A stretch of DNA of 64,000 bases, taken from the IMG/VR virus record IMGVR_UViG_3300045988_137032, positions 128,001 through 192,000 of that record, one strand, 5' to 3'. A program made the translations under genes and the position numbers. The notes beneath the pieces are model-generated. The model was not told where the DNA came from and searched no databases. It saw only the letters and a program-made list of their open reading frames with translations. Positions 27,338 to 35,024 of the stretch are shown one piece after another (the stretch's first letter is position 1; the number at the start of each line of letters is the position of its first letter). This stretch comes from a virus.

Positions 27338-27658
27338 ATGAATCCAATTTTGATTCATCTCTTAAATGGCGTAAATTATGAAGAGTGTGCAAATCTCATC
27401 AAAGGGCTAATCCTATTTTGGTGGTTCATTCTTATGCCAACAACCATTACCGCGATCTTTATAGATCAATTCAATATCATCTATAATAAAGCAATCATTC
27501 AAGCAAATGATGCTTTTCCGAAGTTAGTAAATCATTGGAAGAATCCATTCTATCATTTCGCTATTTTGGTATCGGCAATGAGTAGAATTATTTTCATTCC
27601 AATGAATTTACTACTAGCATATGCAGATGGGAAGGAGAAGTGGTGGAATTGTCTGTAG
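27338..27658 (+). CDS. Small membrane protein
   Basis: Track ORF 27317..27658. I moved the start to M8, behind AAGGAGAAAG. Hydrophobic segments include LILFWWFILMPTTITAIFI. Confidence 0.55.
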   Translation: MNPILIHLLNGVNYEECANLIKGLILFWWFILMPTTITAIFIDQFNIIYNKAIIQANDAFPKLVNHWKNPFYHFAILVSAMSRIIFIPMNLLLAYADGKEKWWNCL

Positions 27659-27882
27659 ATGAAATTTCTGGTATCGTAATTGGTATTGCAGGAATTCCAT
27701 TCCTCATTGCATCAATCGTTTTATTGCTTCCAACATTTAGCAATATGGCTTATTGTGTAGTGTGGTTTTTACGCGATTACATAATCAATCCCATTTATGA
27801 TACAATTCATGATTTCGTTTGTAGTTGTGTAGAATCACATCACAGACGTGAAATCCATAAGAAAGGAGGTTTTCGAGATTGA
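27640..27882 (+). CDS. Small membrane protein
   Basis: 80 aa with GIVIGIAGIPFLIASIVLLLP. It overlaps the neighbouring genes. Confidence 0.55.
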   Translation: MVELSVDEISGIVIGIAGIPFLIASIVLLLPTFSNMAYCVVWFLRDYIINPIYDTIHDFVCSCVESHHRREIHKKGGFRD

Positions 27883-28721
27883 TTGAAGCAGTTCCGATGA
27901 AAAGATCTCTTTTTAATTCCTTTATGTTTGAAGCTCCTGGTGATGAAGATGATGGGAAGGTATCCGTTACTGTAGCACCTAGAGCAAACCGTGGTAACGA
28001 TTACGGTGATGATACCGTGAAAGCTACTGTAAGACCTACTGCTGCTCGTGGTGCTACTGACTATGGTGCAGACGACGATGCAGAAGATACTCCCGATGAT
28101 ACTCCAGACGCTCAGGATGCTGGTGATGATACCACAACCGATGATACTGGAGATACCGATGAAGGAGATGATACTGATGCCGATACTGCAACAGACTATG
28201 GAGCAGATGATGACGACGATGGCACCGGGGATACTGGTGATGAGTCTGGTGATGATGGTGATTCAGCACCCGAAGGCGATGCTGGGGATGATACTGATTC
28301 TCCTACGGACTATGGTGCTGATGACGGTGGCGACGATGGGTCTGATGCTGGTGGTGAAGATGACTCAGGCAATTCAGGGGACGGTAATAGCAATGGGAAT
28401 AATAAAGGCGAAGCACTTCGTAAGTTCCATATGTATGCTCGTTTCCAGCATCTTTACAACGTAATCGAAACTTTCATTGAGAAGATGAGAGATGTCGTGA
28501 AGGATGACCCGACACAGAATGCTGTCATCAAACGTGTTACTACGAATTTTACAAATCTTTATGATAATCTTTATGATTTCATGATGGTAAAATTCTCCCG
28601 TGCATCATACGTAGAATTGCTCGTCTATATGGAACAGGCCGTTGCAATTTGCAAACTCAACTTCGAATTGCTTAAAAACAACAGGATTGAGCTAAAACAG
28701 TATCCTAACGATTGGAAATAA
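27879..28721 (+). CDS. Acidic scaffold-like protein with (T/N)DYG(A/D)DD repeats
   Basis: The N-terminal ~170 aa are D/G/T-rich with four DYG repeats. The C-terminal ~100 aa look helical. It lies immediately upstream of the putative capsid gene. Confidence 0.5.
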   Translation: MIEAVPMKRSLFNSFMFEAPGDEDDGKVSVTVAPRANRGNDYGDDTVKATVRPTAARGATDYGADDDAEDTPDDTPDAQDAGDDTTTDDTGDTDEGDDTDADTATDYGADDDDDGTGDTGDESGDDGDSAPEGDAGDDTDSPTDYGADDGGDDGSDAGGEDDSGNSGDGNSNGNNKGEALRKFHMYARFQHLYNVIETFIEKMRDVVKDDPTQNAVIKRVTTNFTNLYDNLYDFMMVKFSRASYVELLVYMEQAVAICKLNFELLKNNRIELKQYPNDWK

Positions 28722-28798
28722 CCAACTCCAATTTGTAATGGATTTCTATTACATATGAGTAATTCTTTTAATTCTATAAGAAAAGGAGCGAATTCGCA

Positions 28799-30541
28799 AT
28801 GAATAATCATCTGAGTTTTCTGACCGAATCTTCCAAGGGCTTCCAGGAGACCCCTACCATTGGTAGCTTCTCTCTGGGTGCACAGAAGAATGAGTTTGAT
28901 ACCGTTTTTGAGCAGGCATGTAATGAGCTGATGGCTCAGGGTATTGATGCTAAGATCAATATCAATGACCTGGTTCAGAATAAGCCCATCTACGAGGCTT
29001 ATCGTGATGCCCTGCTTTCTAACCTGAAGGATGACTGTGAGAATTTCCAGGATGTTGCAGAGGGCACCCGTTATGCTACTCTGTACGAGCAGACCGAGGC
29101 TATGCTGGATAACTGCCGTGCAGACCTGCTGCAGGAGTCTACCCGCGTTGGCCAGCTGCTGCCCATTAAGGCAGTTGACTTCCCCGTTCTGATCAAGCAG
29201 AACCTGGCTCTGGCTTCCAAGGATATCATCCAGACTGAGGTCACCAAGACCCCCGTCATCAAGAAGCACATCGAGCGTCGTTGGGTCGTTGATCCCAAGA
29301 CTGGTAAGCGTTGGGAGTATCCCCAGTGCTTCTTCAAGGATGAGTTCACTGATATCTTCAACGCTGGTAAGGGTCTGCCGATTAAGGATACCGATGTTGA
29401 TATTACCGCTGGTAAGTGCTTCAACTACAATATCCCGAAGAACCTGACCGATACCACTGATTATACCCGTGAGCACATCACCTTCGATCTGAAGATCGTG
29501 TCCGCTAAGGTCACTACCGATGATGGTGATAAGGACTTCCCGCTGGAGATGCGCATCAACATGTCCGATAACACCTGGCTGGGTGGTCAGATTAAGGACG
29601 AGAAGACTGGTGAGATCATCGATGTGATCACTGGTACTGTCGACTTCCTGGCCAACAACGTCTGCCTGTCTTCTGCTGCTGGTAAGGTCAAGAGCGTTAA
29701 GTTCGGCGGCTACCTGAGCAACGAACTTAACGAGCGTACTGTCACTTGGGATCGCACCCGTGAAGAGTACGAATGGAAGATCGAGGACGGCTTCCGTGTG
29801 GATATTCCGTACTCTCTGGAGGAGCTGGAGGATGCAAAGGCTCTGATGGATATGGATCTGTACAAGCTGACCTACAACGATCTGTCTGACATTCTGGTTC
29901 AGATGGAGGATAGCCAGATCCTGAAGTATCTGGATGACCAGTACACCAAGTTCAATGGCATTGAGCTGGATCCGCTGGGCTTCAACCCCTTCATTCGTAC
30001 CCAGACCTTCGACTGCGATTCTAAGACTCAGACCGTCGCCCTGCAGTCCGAGTACATCCAGAAGATGCTGAAGTTCTACATCGATCGTTTCGTTATCGAC
30101 ATCTGCGATAGCGCTAAGATCGACGATATGACCTTCGTCTGCTATGGTAACCCCCGTTACATCTCCCTGCTTGATCCTGAGGTCAACTGGGTGGTGCGTT
30201 CCGGTGACTCCGTTGGCGGCGTGAAGGCTAACTACAGCTATGGTATCATGAACGCTGCTGGCATGAAGATCCAGGTTGTCTCTACCTACAAGTACAACAA
30301 CAAGGACGAGCGTAAGCTGCGCTTCATCCCCTATCCTCTGCATGACAACCAGTTCACCTTCAAGCACTACAAGTACACCACTCACATTCTGACTGCTCAG
30401 AACAGTGGTTACCGTGCTGCTAACCAGCCTGGTGGCTCCATGACCTACCTGATGGGTACTACCCGTAACACCACCTGCACCATTCAGGGTATTCAGGGTA
30501 GCATGAGCCTGGAGAACACCAACTTCATTCTGGAGAAGTAA
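28799..30541 (+). CDS. Putative major capsid protein
   Basis: 580 aa with very strong codon bias (high-expression style). It follows the scaffold-like gene and has its own strong terminator. No sequence motif was recognised. Confidence 0.5.
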   Translation: MNNHLSFLTESSKGFQETPTIGSFSLGAQKNEFDTVFEQACNELMAQGIDAKININDLVQNKPIYEAYRDALLSNLKDDCENFQDVAEGTRYATLYEQTEAMLDNCRADLLQESTRVGQLLPIKAVDFPVLIKQNLALASKDIIQTEVTKTPVIKKHIERRWVVDPKTGKRWEYPQCFFKDEFTDIFNAGKGLPIKDTDVDITAGKCFNYNIPKNLTDTTDYTREHITFDLKIVSAKVTTDDGDKDFPLEMRINMSDNTWLGGQIKDEKTGEIIDVITGTVDFLANNVCLSSAAGKVKSVKFGGYLSNELNERTVTWDRTREEYEWKIEDGFRVDIPYSLEELEDAKALMDMDLYKLTYNDLSDILVQMEDSQILKYLDDQYTKFNGIELDPLGFNPFIRTQTFDCDSKTQTVALQSEYIQKMLKFYIDRFVIDICDSAKIDDMTFVCYGNPRYISLLDPEVNWVVRSGDSVGGVKANYSYGIMNAAGMKIQVVSTYKYNNKDERKLRFIPYPLHDNQFTFKHYKYTTHILTAQNSGYRAANQPGGSMTYLMGTTRNTTCTIQGIQGSMSLENTNFILEK

Positions 30542-30604
30542 TTCGTCACAATAAAGCTTGATAAGACGAGTAGTCTTTCATAATAGACCTCCTAGGGTAA
30601 TATA

Positions 30605-30648
30605 AAAACTCCCCTCTAGTTGCTATAAAGTGACTAGAGGGGAGTTTT
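30605..30648. terminator. Bidirectional intrinsic terminator
   Basis: AAAACTCCCCTCTAGT ... ACTAGAGGGGAGTTTT. Confidence 0.9.
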
Positions 30649-30665
30649 ACCGTAAAGTCAAGAAT

Positions 30666-30682
30666 TATAATGATATATTATA
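30666..30682 (-). promoter_or_regulatory. Class 1 17-mer, inverted copy
   Basis: TATAATGATATATTATA is the reverse complement of the class 1 core. A 33-bp block including the flanks is identical to the reverse complement of the 18978..19010 region. Confidence 0.5.
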
Positions 30683-30771
30683 AATGCGAATAAAAGAAAG
30701 GATCATGAATAAAATACTTCATTTTCTATGATCCGAAAAATAAAAAAAAAAGAAACTTAGGAGGTTTCATT

Positions 30772-31005
30772 ATGTCTACTATTATCAATACCATTAGCAC
30801 TATCAATTCCGAAGTTGTTGTGAAGAACATCATGACCGCTACAGCTGTCCTTGGTACCGTCGTGATGATTCTGATGCTCGTAGCAGGTACCATCTGCATC
30901 ATGCAGAATGGCTTGACTTCTCAGGAAGCCAGTACCTGCGGTGCCATCGCTCTCTGCGCTGGATTGATGGTGTACTTTGCATGCAGCTACATCAGCATGC
31001 ATTGA
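30772..31005 (+). CDS. Small membrane protein
   Basis: 77 aa behind TAGGAGG, with two hydrophobic segments. Confidence 0.6.
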   Translation: MSTIINTISTINSEVVVKNIMTATAVLGTVVMILMLVAGTICIMQNGLTSQEASTCGAIALCAGLMVYFACSYISMH

Positions 31006-31036
31006 CATCATTCTTTAATTAAAGGAGGAATAAAAA

Positions 31037-31312
31037 ATGTACGAAAATGCAATGGAAATTTATAAGCTTGACGAGACCCATGCAAGATTACTATTATATG
31101 ACAGATCACATAGAAAACAAGTCATAGCAGAAGCCCTACAGATGCACAAAGATGCGATGGCTGAATATTCTCGAATCATGGAGGCCGTCAAGCATACAAA
31201 AGATTCTGATGAGCTTAATAAGCTTTATGATGAGCTCGATAAATCAAGCAATCTTTCAAAGATATCCAACTATGTTTTGAACTTTGTAAACGGAATGAAT
31301 CTATCCATGTAA
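31037..31312 (+). CDS. Small hypothetical protein
   Basis: 91 aa behind AAAGGAGG. Confidence 0.55.
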   Translation: MYENAMEIYKLDETHARLLLYDRSHRKQVIAEALQMHKDAMAEYSRIMEAVKHTKDSDELNKLYDELDKSSNLSKISNYVLNFVNGMNLSM

Positions 31313-31336
31313 AAAAATAAAGGAGAAGTTAAAATT

Positions 31337-31672
31337 ATGAAAGCATATGAAAAGATGACCGCTATCTCTTACCAGAGCTTCCGCAAGATCCGCAGCATCA
31401 GCAAACTGATGATGTTTGCTGGTGCTGTAAACACCATCCTGATGGTTATCGGGATGGCTACTTATCGTAGTGAGGTTATCGATCCCACTACGATTGAATG
31501 GATCTGTGCATTGAGTGATGCACAGTTCACTCTTGCCATCATCATGATGATGGTTGGCATCATTGGCATGGTGATGTTCGCTTCCATGAATCATGGAAGC
31601 GACATCAAGAAATGCTACAAGCTGTGGTGTGAGGAGCATGGTTATGCTCCTTACAACGCTTGTAAGCATTAA
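31337..31672 (+). CDS. Small membrane protein
   Basis: 111 aa behind AAAGGAGAAG, with hydrophobic segments. Confidence 0.6.
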   Translation: MKAYEKMTAISYQSFRKIRSISKLMMFAGAVNTILMVIGMATYRSEVIDPTTIEWICALSDAQFTLAIIMMMVGIIGMVMFASMNHGSDIKKCYKLWCEEHGYAPYNACKH

Positions 31673-31678
31673 CCCAAA

Positions 31679-31717
31679 AAAGACGTCCCGTTCCATTCGC
31701 GGGCTCCGTCTTTTTTT
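31679..31717 (+). terminator. Intrinsic terminator
   Basis: AAAGACG..CCCG...CGGG..CGTCTTT plus a T7 run. Confidence 0.75.
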
Positions 31718-31775
31718 GTTTTCATAATGATTTTAACAGCAATCTAACTCGAATACACATGGAGGATCATAGAAA

Positions 31776-31976
31776 ATGAAAAAGAATGATTATGGTGGAT
31801 GGCTGTTTATGTATTGGATTATTTCTGTATCATCGTTTGTAGCATTCACACTTATGCTAGTATCATGTAATTTCTTTGAATTAGCCGCATGGGCTAAATG
31901 TTTTTTGATCGGAATTTTACTCGTTGGAATATTTTCCACGTATTGTGCTTGGAAACTTACCCACAATGACCCCTAA
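31776..31976 (+). CDS. Small membrane protein (2 TM)
   Basis: 66 aa behind GGAGGA, with WLFMYWIISVSSFVAFTLMLV and FLIGILLVGIFSTY. Confidence 0.55.
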   Translation: MKKNDYGGWLFMYWIISVSSFVAFTLMLVSCNFFELAAWAKCFLIGILLVGIFSTYCAWKLTHNDP

Positions 31977-32045
31977 AAACAATTGTCTAATGGTAGTTCT
32001 CGAGAAACTATTACATCAATTCTTAAAAGAAAGGATGATTTTTCT

Positions 32046-32588
32046 ATGGCTGATATTGGTCAGAATCTTAAGAGTGCCATTTTTAAGAAGAAGATTGGTA
32101 ATATCGTCTATGAGCTGATGTTCAAGACGGTTACTGATGTCGTCTATACTATGGATGGCACTACTCTTACTGACGAAATCAAGTCTCTGAAGAATGCTGT
32201 ATCACAGTGTCCTGATGAGAGTCGACTGACTGATCTTGAGAAGAAGTTTGCTAACCTCGTTCAGGATGCTCCTGAGGCATACGATACTCTGCTTGAGATT
32301 AGTCAGTATATTTCTACTCACAAGGATGAGTATGATGCTCTGCTTGCTGTTGCTGGAAATAAGGTCGATAAGGTTGAAGGTAAGGCACTGTCTTCCAATG
32401 ACTTTACTGATGCTTTCCTGACAAAGCTTGATGAGCTTTATACTAAGGCTCAGATCGATATGAAGTTCAGTGATATCACTACAACTTACGATGCTGCAAT
32501 TGAGGGGATCAATCATAAGATCAACTCTCTTGAGTATTCTAAAGTCACTGTAGTTGATGAGAATACGATTGAACTTGAGCTGCTGTAA
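32046..32588 (+). CDS. Short fibre / fibritin-like protein
   Basis: Track ORF 31983..32588, with the start moved to M22. The motif GKALSSNDFTDAFLTKLDEL is typical of phage fibres. Confidence 0.55.
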   Translation: MADIGQNLKSAIFKKKIGNIVYELMFKTVTDVVYTMDGTTLTDEIKSLKNAVSQCPDESRLTDLEKKFANLVQDAPEAYDTLLEISQYISTHKDEYDALLAVAGNKVDKVEGKALSSNDFTDAFLTKLDELYTKAQIDMKFSDITTTYDAAIEGINHKINSLEYSKVTVVDENTIELELL

Positions 32589-32594
32589 CTAATA

Positions 32595-32635
32595 AAACGG
32601 ATAGTCTTATTTCTATATGAGACTATCCGTTTTTA
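32595..32635 (+). terminator. Intrinsic terminator
   Basis: AAAACGGATAGTCT ... AGACTATCCGTTTTT. Confidence 0.85.
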
Positions 32636-32704
32636 GCCATATACATGGATGACAATACACTAATCAAAGCTATTCCATATAAATATAATAAGAAAGGAAC
32701 GTGA

Positions 32705-33961
32705 TTGCCGATGCGGTTCAATGGTGATTCTTTATCAGATATCGAAAATGGATTCGCTAGTTTGAAGACCTCTAATAGTGATCTTCGTGCTGCTGGTCAA
32801 ATCAGTGATGGTGTAAAAGCATTGCTTGGTACACCTGTCACGGTTGAAGTGATTCACCCGAAGAATTCCAGTGACGTTTGTGATGTCATGAGTATTTATC
32901 CATCACAAGCAACTGTAGATGCTCTCGTTGACGCTATTGTGCAGAATAAGCCGGATAAAGAAATCTGTGATATCTGGCGTAAATCTGCTTCTTGGATTAT
33001 CGAAATTGATGACCGTATTCTGGGTGATAAGTGTGGTTTGACTCCTAGAGAACTGACTGCATTGATTCTCCATGAAGTTGGCCATGCCGTTGAAAATTCC
33101 GATACTCCTATGCGGATGTGTAAAGTCATTAAGCTTCAGCTTGCTACTGCTGATAAGCTTTCTAAGGAGATTACAAAGGATTCTATCTTCAGTAAGATTC
33201 TTGCTCTTCCGATTCTGAATGCTGGTGCATTCAATCGAAATCGTGAGAGTATGAAAAAAGAAATGAATGCAGACCGTTATGCAATTAATAACGGTTATGG
33301 TAGAGACCTGAATAGTGCTATCGACAAGATCCTTGGTCATGTCGGTGACTCTAAAACAACTCCTGATGAAGACATGGCTACCCTGATGAACTTCAGTGTA
33401 GATACTGTCAATAACATGCAGAAGCGTCAGGATGTTATCGTACGTAGGAATTTCTTTGCTATGCTGAAGAGTACTCCGAGTAGAGTTACTCGTAATGCTC
33501 TGAATTCTATCAGTAAGCGATTCGTTGGTGAATCTGCTGAAGATATAACAGAGCAGAGCGAAGCTCATTATAATTTCATCCATAATCGTCTAGATGCTAT
33601 TACGGAGCGTACAGAAGATCTCGATACTTATCTTGAGTTTAATTTCCCCGGTAAAGTTCATCGTATGAAGAAACTTGATCCTATGGAGATTGACTACATT
33701 GGTCTTGAAGTCAATAACATCAAAACCAATGATGACAAGATTATGGTAATTAGCTACATCTATTCAAAGCTAGATGTCATTGATTACTACATTGCACTGA
33801 TTGATAGTAATAACCCGAAGTATGTCATTCCTCACACAAGAGAGTCTCTTGTGAGAATGCGTAATACTCTGAATAACTATCGTCTCGCTGCAATCAATAA
33901 GAAACTTCCTGAAGTGAAGTATGGTATTAACTATCAGTATCCTGCTGGATATGAGGGTTAA
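32705..33961 (+). CDS. Zinc metalloprotease-like protein (HExxH, M48/M56-like)
   Basis: LILHEVGHAVEN, and about 65 aa later EMNADRYA (an E-x-x-A-D type third-ligand region). The start is uncertain: TTG 32705 or ATG 32711. Confidence 0.55.
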   Translation: MPMRFNGDSLSDIENGFASLKTSNSDLRAAGQISDGVKALLGTPVTVEVIHPKNSSDVCDVMSIYPSQATVDALVDAIVQNKPDKEICDIWRKSASWIIEIDDRILGDKCGLTPRELTALILHEVGHAVENSDTPMRMCKVIKLQLATADKLSKEITKDSIFSKILALPILNAGAFNRNRESMKKEMNADRYAINNGYGRDLNSAIDKILGHVGDSKTTPDEDMATLMNFSVDTVNNMQKRQDVIVRRNFFAMLKSTPSRVTRNALNSISKRFVGESAEDITEQSEAHYNFIHNRLDAITERTEDLDTYLEFNFPGKVHRMKKLDPMEIDYIGLEVNNIKTNDDKIMVISYIYSKLDVIDYYIALIDSNNPKYVIPHTRESLVRMRNTLNNYRLAAINKKLPEVKYGINYQYPAGYEG

Positions 33962-34015
33962 TATAAGTAACAAGTAGTTATTATACTTTTTAGATTAAGC
34001 AGATTCTGAGAAAAA

Positions 34016-34058
34016 AAATAAGGCTGTGTGGTTTTTACATCACACAGCCTTATTTTTT
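34016..34058. terminator. Bidirectional intrinsic terminator
   Basis: AAATAAGGCTGTGTG ... CACACAGCCTTATTT, with flanking A and T runs. Confidence 0.85.
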
Positions 34059-34064
34059 ATAAGC

Positions 34065-34886
34065 TTAGCTCCACATCAGGTTGGTATAATCGCCAACTCC
34101 AACGACGTACTTCATAAAGAGGTTGAAGTTACTATCATGATATACTTCAAACCCACGATATGCACGTTCCTGAAGGATACCGAGATCCATTGCACTCAGA
34201 TCATCACCAGGCATATAGCCAACATCTTCCATGCTATTGAGGCTATTGCCGAGATTAATGAAAGCAAGGAACTGATTGGTATACACCTTACCGACAGTCA
34301 GTCTCTGAGCATCACGAGCATTGACAAGGAAGGATTCACCTTCATAAGGGCCGTCGTTAAAATGGCAACGATACATCTTGTTGTACTCAGTCTCTGCTTC
34401 CAGACTATCAACGGTGAAGTTGTAATTCGTGGAACTATAAAGAGACTTCTTTGCCATAGTAGTTCCAAATACATCAACAAGGTCGTTGTTGTAAGCAGTA
34501 ACACCCTTGAGCGCATTCATAGCATAGCTATTATGCTCAGGACTATTGTGCCCGGGATCGCTCGGATAAATTGCACAATACAGATCAACGTATCTCAGAT
34601 AGATCTGCGAAAACTGTGCATTGTCACGATCAGGACGATTTTCTTTCATGGTTGCAATTGCAATCATATCATCTGCAATAGCAGTCTCACAGATGTTCCA
34701 GAAATCGTCAGGCTGGTACTTAGATGCCAGAGCATCCAACTCGGACTTGTCGATGGTATCACGGTATGCAAGAGTACGGACTTCTTCCTCAGTAGGCCAA
34801 GGATCAAGCCAACCAGCACTTGCAGGCATAGCAAACATTGAAATGCACATTACCAGTGCAACCATCATTGATACGAACTTTTTCAT
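34065..34886 (-). CDS. Secreted protein with Sec signal peptide (moron-like)
   Basis: Track ORF 34065..34925. I moved the start to M14, behind AAAGGAGAG. The signal peptide reads MKKFVSMMVALVMCISMFAMPASA/GW. Confidence 0.65.
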   Translation of the reverse strand: MKKFVSMMVALVMCISMFAMPASAGWLDPWPTEEEVRTLAYRDTIDKSELDALASKYQPDDFWNICETAIADDMIAIATMKENRPDRDNAQFSQIYLRYVDLYCAIYPSDPGHNSPEHNSYAMNALKGVTAYNNDLVDVFGTTMAKKSLYSSTNYNFTVDSLEAETEYNKMYRCHFNDGPYEGESFLVNARDAQRLTVGKVYTNQFLAFINLGNSLNSMEDVGYMPGDDLSAMDLGILQERAYRGFEVYHDSNFNLFMKYVVGVGDYTNLMWS

Positions 34887-34955
34887 GTTTTTCTCTCCTT
34901 TGTTTTCGCTTTCGTAATCGTACAAATAAAGATATTAATTATCTTTATTCACCAG

Positions 34956-34972
34956 TATAATATATCATTATA
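34956..34972 (+). promoter_or_regulatory. Class 1 17-mer promoter-like element upstream of terL
   Basis: TATAATATATCATTATA, with ATAAAGATATT 19 nt upstream, the same arrangement as at 58448. Confidence 0.6.
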
Positions 34973-35024
34973 TTTTAGATTTATTGATGAAGACGTTACT
35001 TTAATCAATGGAGGTGATATAACA

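Noticed and set aside
28625-30385. 586-aa minus-strand ORF opposite the capsid candidate
   Set aside because: This is the same shadow-ORF effect. It starts inside the scaffold-like gene and has no RBS.
32705-33961. HExxH protein as the prohead maturation protease that would cut the (I/L)-x-E leaders
   Set aside because: Known prohead proteases that cut after Glu (T4 gp21 type) are serine proteases. Nothing links this metalloprotease to head genes except loose proximity. The real protease is probably outside the window.
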